From contig CAVXOX010000005.1 in the NCBI GenBank assembly GCA_963763535.1, positions 27,605 to 91,604 of the forward strand: a stretch of DNA of 64,000 nucleotides, read 5' to 3'. Positions within the stretch are counted from its first letter, which is position 1, and the number at the start of each line of letters is the position of its first letter. The DNA is from an uncultured Acidobacteriota bacterium (lineage in GTDB: Bacteria > Acidobacteriota > Thermoanaerobaculia > UBA5066 > Gp7-AA6). The position numbers and the translations under genes were made by a program. Below the pieces are notes generated by a model. It worked only from the letters and a program-made list of their open reading frames with translations, was not told where the DNA came from and searched no databases. Shown piece by piece: positions 9,727 through 19,231 of this stretch.

Positions 9727-9754
9727 CCCGCATCCCGCATCCCGCATCCCGCAT
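9727..9754. repeat. Perfect tandem heptamer repeat (CCCGCAT) x4
   Basis: Read directly from the sequence: cccgcat cccgcat cccgcat cccgcat. It sits in the 94-bp intergenic region between rlpA and the ABC transporter ATPase gene. Confidence 0.9.
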
Positions 9755-9783
9755 CACACCGGAAATGTAGAATCCCGCCTCCC

Positions 9784-10716
9784 ATGTCCGCTCCCCCCTC
9801 CTCGGCCATCGTCTGCCGCGGACTGAAGAAGTACTACGGCGACGTGCGCGCGGTCGACGGACTCGACCTCGAGGTGCGCGCGGGCGAGTGCTTCGGCCTG
9901 CTCGGCCCGAACGGCGCCGGCAAGACCACGACGATCGAGATCCTCGAGGGGCTGACGAAGCCCGATGCGGGCGACGTCGTCGTGCTCGGCCGCCGCTGGG
10001 GCAGCCAGGAGCGGGAGCTCCGCGAGCGCCTCGGCGTCTCGCTCCAGGAGAGCCGTCTGACGGAGAAGCTGACCGTCTTCGAGACGCTCTCGCTCTTCCG
10101 GTCGTTCTACGCGCGCGGGCGCGACCCCGAGAAGCTCCTCGAGGACCTCTCGCTCGAGGAGAAGCGCGACGCGCGGGTCGGCAAGCTCTCGGGCGGCCAG
10201 CGCCAGCGCCTCGCGGTCGCGTGCGCGCTCGCCGGCGACCCCGAGCTGCTGTTTCTCGACGAGCCCACGACGGGCCTCGACCCGCAGAGCCGGCTCCAGC
10301 TCTGGGAGCGCATCGCCGTCTACAAGGCGGCCGGCCGGACCGTGCTCCTGACGACGCACTACATGGAGGAGGCCGAGCGGCTCTGCGAGCGCGTCGCGGT
10401 CGTCGACCACGGCCGGATCATCGCGCAGGGCGCGCCATCCGACCTGATCGCGGGCCTGGGCGCGCCGCACATCCTCGAGTTCACGACCGATCCTCCGGTC
10501 GACGCCGCCGTCCTCGCGAGCGTGCGCGGCCTGCGCGACCCCCGGCAGCGCGACGGCCGGTGGCAGCTCGCCGCCGCGTCGCTGGCCGAGGCCGTGCCCG
10601 CGCTCGTCGACGCGGTCGAGGGCGCCGGCGCGAAGCTCGTCTCGCTCTCGACGCACCGCGCGACGCTCGAGGACGTCTTCATCGCACTGACCGGGCGGGA
10701 GCTGCGCGATGAGTGA
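9784..10716 (+). CDS. ABC transporter ATP-binding protein (ABC-2/DrrA-like)
   Basis: Walker A (GPNGAGKTT), ABC signature (LSGGQRQR) and Walker B (LLFLDEPTTGLD) are all present. The start was chosen at the ATG at 9784 (MSAPPSS). Confidence 0.88.
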   Translation: MSAPPSSAIVCRGLKKYYGDVRAVDGLDLEVRAGECFGLLGPNGAGKTTTIEILEGLTKPDAGDVVVLGRRWGSQERELRERLGVSLQESRLTEKLTVFETLSLFRSFYARGRDPEKLLEDLSLEEKRDARVGKLSGGQRQRLAVACALAGDPELLFLDEPTTGLDPQSRLQLWERIAVYKAAGRTVLLTTHYMEEAERLCERVAVVDHGRIIAQGAPSDLIAGLGAPHILEFTTDPPVDAAVLASVRGLRDPRQRDGRWQLAAASLAEAVPALVDAVEGAGAKLVSLSTHRATLEDVFIALTGRELRDE

Positions 10717-11749
10717 CCGGCAGCATCCCCTCGCCGCGCTGACGCGCACGCGGTTGCTCGAGTTCGTCCGGGAGCCCGAGGCGCTCTTCTGGGTCTTTCT
10801 CTTCCCGGTGCTGATGGCGCTCGTGCTCGGCTTCGCGTTCCGCGACCATCCGCCCGACCCGGTCCCCGTCGGCGTCGTTTCCGGCCCGACCGCGGCGGAG
10901 GTGTCGGCGGCGCTCGCCCGCGCCGGGACGGTCAAGCCGGCCGTCTATCCCGACGTGGCCCGCGGGCTCGAGGCGCTCCGCACCGGCAAGATCGCGCTCC
11001 TGGTCGAGGACCGGGGGGCGCTCGTCTACCACTTCGACCCCACGCGGCCCGACGCCCGCCTCGCCCGCCTCGAGGCCGACGACGCGATCCAGCGAGCGCG
11101 CGGTCGCCGCGACCCCTCGCCCGCCGCCGAGGCGGTCGTGCACGAGAAGGGTTCGCGCTACATCGACTTCCTGGTGCCCGGGATCCTCGGACTGAACCTC
11201 ATGGGCACGGGCATCTGGGGCATCGGCTTCTCGATCGTCAACGCGCGCCTGAAGAAGACGCTGAAGCTGATGACCGCGACCCCCATGCGTCACGCGGATT
11301 ACCTGCTCGCTCAGATGCTGTCGCGCTTCGTGTTCCTGATCCTCGAGGTCGCGATCATTCTCGCCTTCGGGGTCGCCGTGTTCGGCGTGCCGATCCGGGG
11401 CTCGCTGGCGCTCCTCGTCTTTCTCACGTTCCTCGGCGCGCTGTGCTTCGGCGGCCTGGGACTGCTGGTCGCCTCCCGGGCCCGGACGCTCGAGGCGGCC
11501 AACGGCCTCATGAACCTCGTCATGGTGCCGATGTGGCTCCTCTCCGGCGTCTTCTTCTCCTCGGAGCGCTTCCCGAAGGCGGTGCAGCCGCTCATCCAGG
11601 CCCTGCCGCTGACGGCCCTCAACAACGCGCTGCGGGCCGTCATGCTCGAGGGGCGCTCGCCCGCCGCGGTCGCGGGAGAGGCGGCCATCGTCGCCGCCTG
11701 GGGCCTCGTCTCCTTCGCCGCCGCGCTGAAGATCTTCCGCTGGCAGTAG
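10709..11749 (+). CDS. ABC-2 family transporter permease
   Basis: Six predicted transmembrane segments. The ORF overlaps the ATPase gene by 8 nt, consistent with translational coupling. Confidence 0.8.
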   Translation: MSDRQHPLAALTRTRLLEFVREPEALFWVFLFPVLMALVLGFAFRDHPPDPVPVGVVSGPTAAEVSAALARAGTVKPAVYPDVARGLEALRTGKIALLVEDRGALVYHFDPTRPDARLARLEADDAIQRARGRRDPSPAAEAVVHEKGSRYIDFLVPGILGLNLMGTGIWGIGFSIVNARLKKTLKLMTATPMRHADYLLAQMLSRFVFLILEVAIILAFGVAVFGVPIRGSLALLVFLTFLGALCFGGLGLLVASRARTLEAANGLMNLVMVPMWLLSGVFFSSERFPKAVQPLIQALPLTALNNALRAVMLEGRSPAAVAGEAAIVAAWGLVSFAAALKIFRWQ

Positions 11750-11802
11750 GACGCCCGCCCGCCGTATCCTTCGCCGTCGTCTCGCCTGGCTCGGAGGTCT
11801 CG

Positions 11803-12807
11803 ATGGAAACTCTCGTCGTCAACCAGAGTGAAGTCCCGCGCCTCCTGCCGATGAAGGAGTGCATCGAGGTCATGGCGCGCGCCTTCGCGGCGCTCGCCCG
11901 GGGAGAAGCCACGCTGCCGCAGCGGCAGATCGTCTGGCTCCCCGACCGGAGCGGCGCGCTCGGCCTGATGCCCGCGCACCTCGCGGGGCTCGGCGCCGTC
12001 GGCGTGAAGGCCGTGACCTTCTTCCCGCGCAACGAGGGCACCGACATCGACTCGCATCAGGGCGCCGTCCTCCTGTTCGAGACCGGCCGCGGGCGCCTCC
12101 TCGCCGTCGTCGACGCCACGTCCGTCACCGCCATTCGGACGGCCGCCGTGACCGGGCTCGCGACGCGGCTCCTCGCCCGGCCGGATGCCGGCGACCTCGC
12201 CCTCGTCGGCTCGGGCGTGCAGGCGCGCACGCACCTCGAGGCGATGCTCCTCGTCCGGACGATCCGCCGCGTGCGCGTGGCGAGCAAGACGCCCGAGCGG
12301 GCGCGCGCCTTCGCCGAGCGCGAGGCGAAGCGCCACGGCATCGTGGTCACGCCGTGCGCGACGGTCCGCGAGGCGGTCGAGGGCGCCGACATCGTGTGCG
12401 CGGCGACGTCGTCGCGCGAGCCCGTCGTGCTCGGCGAGTGGCTCTCGCCGGGGACGCACGTCAACGCGGTCGGGTCGAGCGTCCCCGCCGCCCGCGAGCT
12501 CGACACGGCCGCCGTCGCCCGCTCGCGCTTCTTCGTCGACGGGCGCGAGGCTGCCCTGGCCGAGGCGGGCGACTTCCTCCTCGCGCGGGCGGAGGGCGCG
12601 GTCGGCGACGGCCACATCGCCGGCGAGCTCGGCGAGGTCCTGGTCGGCGCCGTCGAGGGCCGCCGCGACCCGAGCGAGATCACCGCGTTCAAGTCGGTCG
12701 GCCTCGCGGTCGAGGACGTCGCGGCGGCGCAGCACGTCTACGGCAAGGCGCGCGGATCCGGCATCGGCCGGTTCCTCGAGCTCGGAGGCCACCGCGACGC
12801 CGATTGA
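11803..12807 (+). CDS. Ornithine cyclodeaminase / mu-crystallin family protein
   Basis: Ornithine cyclodeaminase/mu-crystallin family fold with a Rossmann motif (LALVGSGVQA). The long upstream extension in the ORF track is not supported and the start was set at ATG 11803. Confidence 0.85.
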   Translation: METLVVNQSEVPRLLPMKECIEVMARAFAALARGEATLPQRQIVWLPDRSGALGLMPAHLAGLGAVGVKAVTFFPRNEGTDIDSHQGAVLLFETGRGRLLAVVDATSVTAIRTAAVTGLATRLLARPDAGDLALVGSGVQARTHLEAMLLVRTIRRVRVASKTPERARAFAEREAKRHGIVVTPCATVREAVEGADIVCAATSSREPVVLGEWLSPGTHVNAVGSSVPAARELDTAAVARSRFFVDGREAALAEAGDFLLARAEGAVGDGHIAGELGEVLVGAVEGRRDPSEITAFKSVGLAVEDVAAAQHVYGKARGSGIGRFLELGGHRDAD

Positions 12808-13786
12808 GCCCCTCGCCCCCGTCTCCCTCGACGAGATCGTCGCCGCCCGGAGCCGGGTCGCCGCCTTCGCCGTCCGCACGCCGCTCGTGCGCCTCGAGGC
12901 GGAGGGGCCGGCCGAGATCCACCTGAAGCTCGAGACGCTCCAGCCGATCGGCTCCTTCAAGATGCGCGGCGCCGGCAACGCGATCGCGCTCGCCGACCCG
13001 GCGGCGCTCTCGAAGGGCGTCACCACCGCCTCCGCCGGCAACATGGCCCAGGGCGTCGCATGGAACGCGCGGCGGCTCGGCATCCCGTGCACCGTCGTCG
13101 TGCCGGACCACGCGCCGCGGGCGAAGCTCGACGCGGTCGAGCGCCTCGGCGCCCGCGTCATCCCGGTTCCGGTCGAGCGCTGGTGGCGGGTGCTCGAGGA
13201 GCACGGCTACCCGGGCGTCGAGGGACTCTTCATCCATCCGGTCGCGGACCGGGCGGTGATCGCGGGCAACGGCACGATCGGTCTCGAGATCCTCGAGGAT
13301 CTCCCCGACGTCGACACGGTGCTCGTGCCGTGGGGGGGCGGAGGGCTCTCCTGCGGGATCGCCGCGGCGCTCCGCGGCAGCGCGGCGAGGCAACGCCGCG
13401 AAAAGGATCAGCGGCCGGAGGCGCGCACGGTGGCCTGCGAGGTCGAGACCGCGGCGCCGCTGACGCCGTCGCTCGCGGCCGGCCATCCCGTCGCGATCGA
13501 GTACCGCGCGAGCTTCGTCGACGGGATCGGCGCGAAGGGCCTCCTTCCCGAGATGTGGCCGATGGCGCGGGAGCTCCTCGCCGGCTCGATCGTGGTGTCG
13601 CTCGAGGAGACGAAGGCGGCGCTGCGCGCGCTGGTTTCCCGCGCCCGCGTCGTGGCGGAGGGCGCCGGAGCGGTCCCCGTGGCCGCGGCGCTCTCCGGGC
13701 GCGCCGGCGGCGGCAAGATCGTCTGCGTCGTGTCCGGCGGCAACATCGACCGCGAGAAGCTCGCGGCGATCCTCGCGGAGGGGTGA
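12803..13786 (+). CDS. Threonine/serine dehydratase-like fold-type II PLP enzyme. The start codon is uncertain.
   Basis: PLP-lysine motif SFKMRGA and glycine loop GGGGL are present. Alignment of the N-terminus places the start near 12790-12805, but no ATG, GTG or TTG lies in frame there. An ATT at 12803 overlaps the upstream ornithine-cyclodeaminase stop (ATTGA). Confidence 0.7.
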   Translation: MEPLAPVSLDEIVAARSRVAAFAVRTPLVRLEAEGPAEIHLKLETLQPIGSFKMRGAGNAIALADPAALSKGVTTASAGNMAQGVAWNARRLGIPCTVVVPDHAPRAKLDAVERLGARVIPVPVERWWRVLEEHGYPGVEGLFIHPVADRAVIAGNGTIGLEILEDLPDVDTVLVPWGGGGLSCGIAAALRGSAARQRREKDQRPEARTVACEVETAAPLTPSLAAGHPVAIEYRASFVDGIGAKGLLPEMWPMARELLAGSIVVSLEETKAALRALVSRARVVAEGAGAVPVAAALSGRAGGGKIVCVVSGGNIDREKLAAILAEG

Positions 13787-13812
13787 GGAGACCTGGTTGG
13801 TAAACGGGAGCC

Positions 13813-13864
13813 GTAGGGGCGGGGCTCGTCCCCGCCCGCGGGCGGCCACAAGGGCCGCCCCTAC
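13813..13864. repeat. REP-like palindromic element, copy 1 (GTAGGGGCGG...CCGCCCCTAC with two internal GC hairpins)
   Basis: Lies in the convergent intergenic region between the dehydratase and the PagL-like gene. It is near-identical to the sequence at 41222-41277. Confidence 0.8.
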
Positions 13865-13876
13865 CCTGATGGTGTA

Positions 13877-14440
13877 CTAGAAGCGCCACCCCGCGAGGAA
13901 GACGAGGCAGTTCAGGCCCAGGTTCGGCAGCGCGGTGCCCGCGTTCGACACATGGGAGTACCGCGCCTCGAACGTCCACGCCTGCGTCTCGGTCACCGCG
14001 CCGCGCAGGCCGACGGAGCCTTGAATCAGGAAGTTGAAGCGGCGGTCGATCTCGTCGAGCGCCGTCAGGTCGGTCCAGCCGAGGCCGACTCCCACGTAGG
14101 CGTACGGGCGGATCGCCGTGCGGCTCGGCGCGTTGTACCGCGCCCCGAGCGGCACGACGCCGACCATGAAACCCTCCGGCGAGAAGTAGCGCGCGAAGTG
14201 CGCCTCGGCGACGTACTCGAACCGCGGCCCGAGGCGAACACCTACGTTCGGCTCGAAGAGGAACAGGTACTCGTGCGAGCGGCCGCCGTTGGGACTGAAC
14301 GAGAAGCCGTAGCCCGCCTGGAGCCCCCATTCGGGGGGACGGCCTTCGGGAATCGGCGGCGGGGCCGAATCGTCCTGCGCCGCGGCGAAAGACGGCGCGA
14401 GCCAGAGCGCGAACGCGGCGGTCGCGAGCGAACGTCTCAT
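13877..14440 (-). CDS. Outer-membrane beta-barrel protein, PagL-like lipid A deacylase / OmpW-like fold
   Basis: Signal peptide (MRRSLATAAFALWLAPSFAAAQ), alternating hydrophobic beta-strand pattern and a C-terminal ...AGWRF. The ATG overlaps the mutM stop (ATGA). Confidence 0.6.
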   Translation of the reverse strand: MRRSLATAAFALWLAPSFAAAQDDSAPPPIPEGRPPEWGLQAGYGFSFSPNGGRSHEYLFLFEPNVGVRLGPRFEYVAEAHFARYFSPEGFMVGVVPLGARYNAPSRTAIRPYAYVGVGLGWTDLTALDEIDRRFNFLIQGSVGLRGAVTETQAWTFEARYSHVSNAGTALPNLGLNCLVFLAGWRF

Positions 14441-15336
14441 CCGCGCTTTCTCTCCTCGAGCTCCTCGAGCGTCTTCGGCCAGTCTCCCCGCAGGAGCTGC
14501 GACAGCGCGCGGTCGGCGAGGAGCTTGCCGCCCGTCTGGCACGTCGGGCAGTAGTTCGCCTCGTTCTCGGCATAGACGATCCGCTGGACCGGGGTGCCGC
14601 AGTCCGGACAGGGCTTGCCGTACCGCCCGTGCACGGCCATCCCCTCCCGAAACGCCGTGACCTTCTCCGGAAAGGCCCTCTCCGCGGCGCGCCGGAAGCG
14701 ATCCGTCCACTCGCCGAGCACGGCCCGGGCGGCGTCGTGGAGACGCCCGATCTCGCCGTCGGACAGCCGGCTCGTGAGCTTCGCCGGCGAGAGCTTCGCG
14801 CGGTGCAGGATCTCGTCGGAATACGCGTTGCCGATGCCCGAGAAGAGCCGCGGATCCGTCAGCGCTCGCTTCAACGTGTGGTTTTCCCGGAGCAGGGCGG
14901 CGCGAAACGCGGCGGCGTCCGTTTCGAGGACCTCGAGCCCGCCGCGGTCGAACGCCGACAGCGCCTCCCTTCCTCCGGCGACGTGGAGCGACGCCCGCTT
15001 CTTCGGGCTCGCCTCGGAGAGGACCAGCGACCCTCCCGGAAAGTCGAAGGCGGCGAGGGCGCCCCGGCCGCCGACGCGCACGCCGCGCCGCCGCCAGTGG
15101 AGCCGCCCCGCGACCATCAGGTGCAGCACCAGGTAGAGGTCGCCCTCCAGCGCGAAGACGATGCGCTTTCCCAGCCGCTCGATCCCGACGACCCGGCGGC
15201 CTTCCGCCTCGGACAGCGGCGGCGCGATCGACCGCAGCAGGAAGGGGCTCCCGAGGCGCACGGCCTCGAGCCGTTCGCCCACGATGCGGGGTTCGAGCGC
15301 CGTCAGGTACGCGAGGATGTCCGGCAGCTCGGGCAA
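14437..15336 (-). CDS. mutM: Formamidopyrimidine-DNA glycosylase / Nei family (Fpg)
   Basis: N-terminal MPELPD catalytic Pro and a C-terminal zinc finger (CPDCGTPV...CPTCQ). Confidence 0.85.
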   Translation of the reverse strand: MPELPDILAYLTALEPRIVGERLEAVRLGSPFLLRSIAPPLSEAEGRRVVGIERLGKRIVFALEGDLYLVLHLMVAGRLHWRRRGVRVGGRGALAAFDFPGGSLVLSEASPKKRASLHVAGGREALSAFDRGGLEVLETDAAAFRAALLRENHTLKRALTDPRLFSGIGNAYSDEILHRAKLSPAKLTSRLSDGEIGRLHDAARAVLGEWTDRFRRAAERAFPEKVTAFREGMAVHGRYGKPCPDCGTPVQRIVYAENEANYCPTCQTGGKLLADRALSQLLRGDWPKTLEELEERKRG

Positions 15337-15477
15337 GGGACGAAAGCTTAGCGTTTCCGGGCGTTCCGCCCGAGCCGAGCCGGGACCACGTCGTGGACGT
15401 TCATCTCGCGCGGTGCGGTCCTTGCAACGTCCGCACCACCCCGTCGGTCGGCCCGCCGAAGCGGCCCGCTCAGAGCG

Positions 15478-16540
15478 TCAGGCGAGCTCGGCGGGGGGCC
15501 TCGTCAGCAGGCGCGCGCGGCGGTCGCTCCGCTCGAGGGCGAGGCGCACGAGCTCGTCGAGGAGCCTCGGCAGCGGCAGGCCGCTCGCCTCCCAGAGCTT
15601 CGGGTACATCGAGATGGCCGTGAAGCCGGGCAGCGTGTTGATCTCGTTGACGAGCACGCGGCCGCTTCCGCGTTCCAGGAAAAAATCGACGCGCGCCATT
15701 CCCGACACGCCGCAGACTCGGAAGACCTCGACCGCGAGGCGCCGCGTCTCCTCGGCGACGGCGGCCGGTACGTCCGCCGGGATCAGGAGCTTCGCCTTGT
15801 CGTCGCGGTACTTGTCGTCGTAGTCGTAGAACTCGTGGCCCGGAACGACCTCGCCCGGGATCGACGCCCGCGGCTCGGCGTTGCCGAGCACCGCGCACTC
15901 GAGCTCGCGGGCGTCGATCCCCTCCTCGACGAGGACGCGCTCGTCGTAGCGGAACGCGGTCGCGGCGGCCGCGGCGAGTTCGTCCCGTCGTCGGACCTTC
16001 GTGACGCCGACGGAGGATCCCCCATTTGCCGGCTTGACGAAGAGCGGCAGCGGGAGGGCGTCGGCGCGCGCGAGGTCGCCCGGGTCCCGCAGCACGACGG
16101 CGCGGGGCGTGGGGATCCCCGCGTCGCGCAGGATCGCCTTGAAGACCCCCTTGTCCATCCCGACGGCCGACGCGGTCACGCCGGCGCCGACGTACGGCAC
16201 GCCGACCGTCTCGAGAAAGCCCTGGAGCGCGCCGTCCTCGCCCGTCGTGCCGTGGACGATCGGGAACACGACGTCGACGCGGCCGGGAGCGACCTCCGCG
16301 GGCACGACCGCCGTTCCCGTCGGATCGGCGGTGCGGAAGCGCTCCGGCACCGGGCCGGACGCGAGGAGCGCCCGCGATTCCGGGGGCGGGAGAAACCGGC
16401 CGGCCTCGCTGACCGCGATCGGGACGACGTCGTAACGCTCGGGGTCGAAGGCCGCCGCGATCGTGCGCGCGGAGACGCGGGAGACCTCCCGCTCGACCGA
16501 CTTGCCCCCGAACAGGACGGCGACGCGGAGCCGCGTCACC
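15478..16540 (-). CDS. ddl: D-alanine--D-alanine ligase
   Basis: ATP-grasp fold with Ddl motifs (VLFGGKSVEREVS, HGTTGEDGALQG, LPGFTAISMYPKLWEASG). The GTG start overlaps the serA stop (GTGA). The ORF track fuses it to serA into an 886-aa artefact. Confidence 0.9.
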
Positions 16541-18113
16541 AGCTCACCACCCGCACCTCCTCGACGGCGGGGATGCCGCGCAGGCGGGCGAGCGCCTGCT
16601 CCGGCGGCGGCGAGTCGACCGTGATCACGGCGGCCGCGCCCTCGCTCTTCCCGCGCGCGAGCGAGAAGTTGGCGATGTTGACGCGCGCCTCCCCCAGCAC
16701 GGTGCCGACGCTGCCGACGACTCCGGGCACGTCGCGGTTGCGCAGGAAGACGACCGTCCCCTCGGGCCGGAACTCGAGCGGCAGGCCGTCGACCTGGACG
16801 ACCCGCGCGTCGCGGCCCGAGTACATGGTCGCGTCGCCGCTCGCCGTCTTCCCCGCGCCCGAAACCGAGAGGCGGATCGAGCGGGCGTAGGTGCCGGCGT
16901 CCTCGTGGCGCGTCTCGGAGACGGCGAGGCCGCGGTCCTGCGCGAGGTACAGCGCGTTGACGTAGTTGACCGTCTCCGGCGTGCGTTTCTCGAGCGCGCC
17001 CTTGACCGCGGCGACCGCGATCGGCCGCAGCAGGTCCTCCGGCAGCCCCCACGTCTCGACCGCGAGGCGCTGCAGGTGCCCGCCGACGAGGCTCGCGAGA
17101 AAGTGCGCCGTGCGCTCGGCGAGCCGCATCCAGCCGGATGCGCCGTCGGCGTCCTTGGGCCCGCGAAACGGCAGGTTCACGGCGGGCACGTAGGCGGCGC
17201 CCGCGAGCGCCTCGAGCAGCGCCTCGACCGTCTGGATCGAGACGCGCTCCTGCGCCTCGACCGTGGAAGCGCCGAGGTGCGGCGTCGCGACGACGTTCGG
17301 GAGCTTCGGCAGCGGATCCGCCGGATCGGGCGGCTCGGGGTCGAACACGTCGAGCGCCGCTCCGGAGAGGCGGCCCTCGACGAGCGCGGCGCGCAGGGCC
17401 TCGCGATCGACGAGGCTCCCCCGCGCCACGTTGACGAGCACCGCGCCGCGCTTCATGCGCCCGATCTCCGTGGCGCCGAGGAGCGGCTTGCCCGCCCCCG
17501 TCGCGGTCGAGTGCAGCGTGACGACGTCCGACTGCTCGAGCAGCTCGTCGAGGGCGACGAGCGGCACGCCCATCTCGCGGGCCTTCTCGGCCGGCAGGTA
17601 CGGGTCGTGGCCGAGGAGGCGCGCCTCGAAGGCGCGGGCGCGCGCCGCGACCCGGGAGCCGACCTGCCCGAGGCCGACGATGCCGACGGTCTTGCCGGCG
17701 AGCTCCGTGCCGACGAACTTCGATTTCTCCCACTTGCCCTGGGCCATGGATGCGGCGGCCTCGGGGATGCGGCGCAGCAGGGCGAGCAGCACCGCGAACG
17801 TGTGCTCGACCGCCGACACGACGTTGCCGGTCGGCGAGTTGAGGACGAGCACGCCGCGGGCGGAGGCCGCCGGGACGTCCACGTTGTCGACGCCGACGCC
17901 CGCCCGCCCGACGACCGTCAGCCTCGGCGCCGCCGCGAGCAGGGCGGCATCGACCTTCGTCGCGCTCCGCACGAGCAGCGCGTCGGCGTCGGCGAGCGCG
18001 GCGAGGAGCGTCTCCCGGGGCGCGCCGGCGAGGTCCACGACCTCGTGTCCCGCCTTCCTGAGCAGGTCGAGCCCGGCCGGCGAGATCTTCTCGGCGACGA
18101 GGACGCGGCTCAC
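16536..18113 (-). CDS. serA: D-3-phosphoglycerate dehydrogenase with a C-terminal ACT domain
   Basis: 2-hydroxyacid dehydrogenase NAD-binding motif (GIVGLGQVGSRVA), catalytic region and an ACT-like C-terminus. Confidence 0.92.
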   Translation of the reverse strand: MSRVLVAEKISPAGLDLLRKAGHEVVDLAGAPRETLLAALADADALLVRSATKVDAALLAAAPRLTVVGRAGVGVDNVDVPAASARGVLVLNSPTGNVVSAVEHTFAVLLALLRRIPEAAASMAQGKWEKSKFVGTELAGKTVGIVGLGQVGSRVAARARAFEARLLGHDPYLPAEKAREMGVPLVALDELLEQSDVVTLHSTATGAGKPLLGATEIGRMKRGAVLVNVARGSLVDREALRAALVEGRLSGAALDVFDPEPPDPADPLPKLPNVVATPHLGASTVEAQERVSIQTVEALLEALAGAAYVPAVNLPFRGPKDADGASGWMRLAERTAHFLASLVGGHLQRLAVETWGLPEDLLRPIAVAAVKGALEKRTPETVNYVNALYLAQDRGLAVSETRHEDAGTYARSIRLSVSGAGKTASGDATMYSGRDARVVQVDGLPLEFRPEGTVVFLRNRDVPGVVGSVGTVLGEARVNIANFSLARGKSEGAAAVITVDSPPPEQALARLRGIPAVEEVRVVSW

Positions 18114-19219
18114 GCCGCCGCCTCGGCCGCGCTCTCATCGAGAGCGGCGAGGAGGGCCTCGAGCGACGCGAGATCCACGTCTCCCATGTGCCCGATGCGG
18201 AAGGTGGACGCCTTCCACTTCCCGTAGCCGCCGCCGATCGTGAAGCCGCGCTCCTTGACCCGCGCCACGAGCGCTTCGGCCGACACGCCCGTGACCGGCT
18301 TCAGGCACGAGACCGTCCACGGCCGGAAGCCCTTCGGCGCGACGGGAGCGTGGCCGCGCGCCGCCGCCCAGGCCTCGACACGCGTCCGCAGCGCGTCGTG
18401 CCGCGCCCAGCGGCCCTCGATCGTCTCCGCGAGGATGTGGTCGAGCTGCACGTCCAGCGCGAAGAGGTGCGGCGTCGACGGCGTGTACGGCGTCTGGTGC
18501 TTCGCGGCGAAGGACTCGGCCTCCGAGATCCGCAGGTAGTGGGCGCGGGACCGCTCCTTCGCGCGGGCCCGGTAGCGCCCGGACGCGAACGCGACGCCGA
18601 GGCCCGGGGGCAGCGCGAGCGCCTTCTGCGAGCCCGAGAGGGCGAAGTCGAGACCCCACGCATCGCACTCGACGGGCGAACCCGCGAGCGAGGTCACGAC
18701 GTCGGCGAGCACGAATGCGTCCGAAGCCTCGCGCACGGTCCGCGCGATCGCGGCCAGGTCGTTGAGCGTCCCCGTGGACGTCTCCGAGTGGACCACGGTG
18801 ACGGCGTCGTAACGCGCCTTCGCGAGCGCGCGGCGCACGTCGTCCGGATCGACCGGCGTCCCCCAGGGCGCCTCGAGCACGTCCGTCGCGTAACCGAGGT
18901 CCCGCGCGCAGGCCGCCCACCGCTCCGAGAAGGCGCCACACGTGACGGCGAGGACTCGCTCGGGCGCGAGATTCAGCAGCGCCGCCTCCCAGAGACCCGT
19001 CGCGGCCGAGGTCGCGGTGAAGACGAATCCGTCGGTCCGGAAGACCTGCGCGAGGCGCGGCGGGATGTCGGCGTAGAGGTCCGCGAAGGCCTTGCCGCGG
19101 TGGCCGATCGCCTCGTGCGCCATCGCCTGCCGCACGGCGTCGCGCACCCACACCGGTCCCGGCAGGAAGAAGCGCACCTGTCCCGGCCTGCCTCCGGTCG
19201 AATCGAACGCCGTCGTCAT
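18110..19219 (-). CDS. Class V aminotransferase (serine-pyruvate / phosphoserine aminotransferase type), probably the SerC-equivalent of this serine operon
   Basis: AGT/SerC-type class V fold with the PLP lysine in ...SGSQKALALPPG. The stop overlaps the serA start. Confidence 0.8.
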   Translation of the reverse strand: MTTAFDSTGGRPGQVRFFLPGPVWVRDAVRQAMAHEAIGHRGKAFADLYADIPPRLAQVFRTDGFVFTATSAATGLWEAALLNLAPERVLAVTCGAFSERWAACARDLGYATDVLEAPWGTPVDPDDVRRALAKARYDAVTVVHSETSTGTLNDLAAIARTVREASDAFVLADVVTSLAGSPVECDAWGLDFALSGSQKALALPPGLGVAFASGRYRARAKERSRAHYLRISEAESFAAKHQTPYTPSTPHLFALDVQLDHILAETIEGRWARHDALRTRVEAWAAARGHAPVAPKGFRPWTVSCLKPVTGVSAEALVARVKERGFTIGGGYGKWKASTFRIGHMGDVDLASLEALLAALDESAAEAAA

Positions 19220-19231
19220 GCGAGCCGGATT

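Noticed and set aside
15337-15477. A nested hairpin (GGTGCGG...CCGCACC and GACGTT...AACGTC) downstream of ddl, as a possible regulatory RNA.
   Set aside because: It is most simply the ddl terminator. It has no U-tract, but that is common at this GC content. It was not listed as a separate feature for lack of supporting evidence.
15478-18138. A single 886-aa ORF in the supplied track.
   Set aside because: It is serA and ddl read through in a GC-rich frame. The ddl gene has its own GTG start overlapping the serA stop, and the domain content shows two separate proteins.
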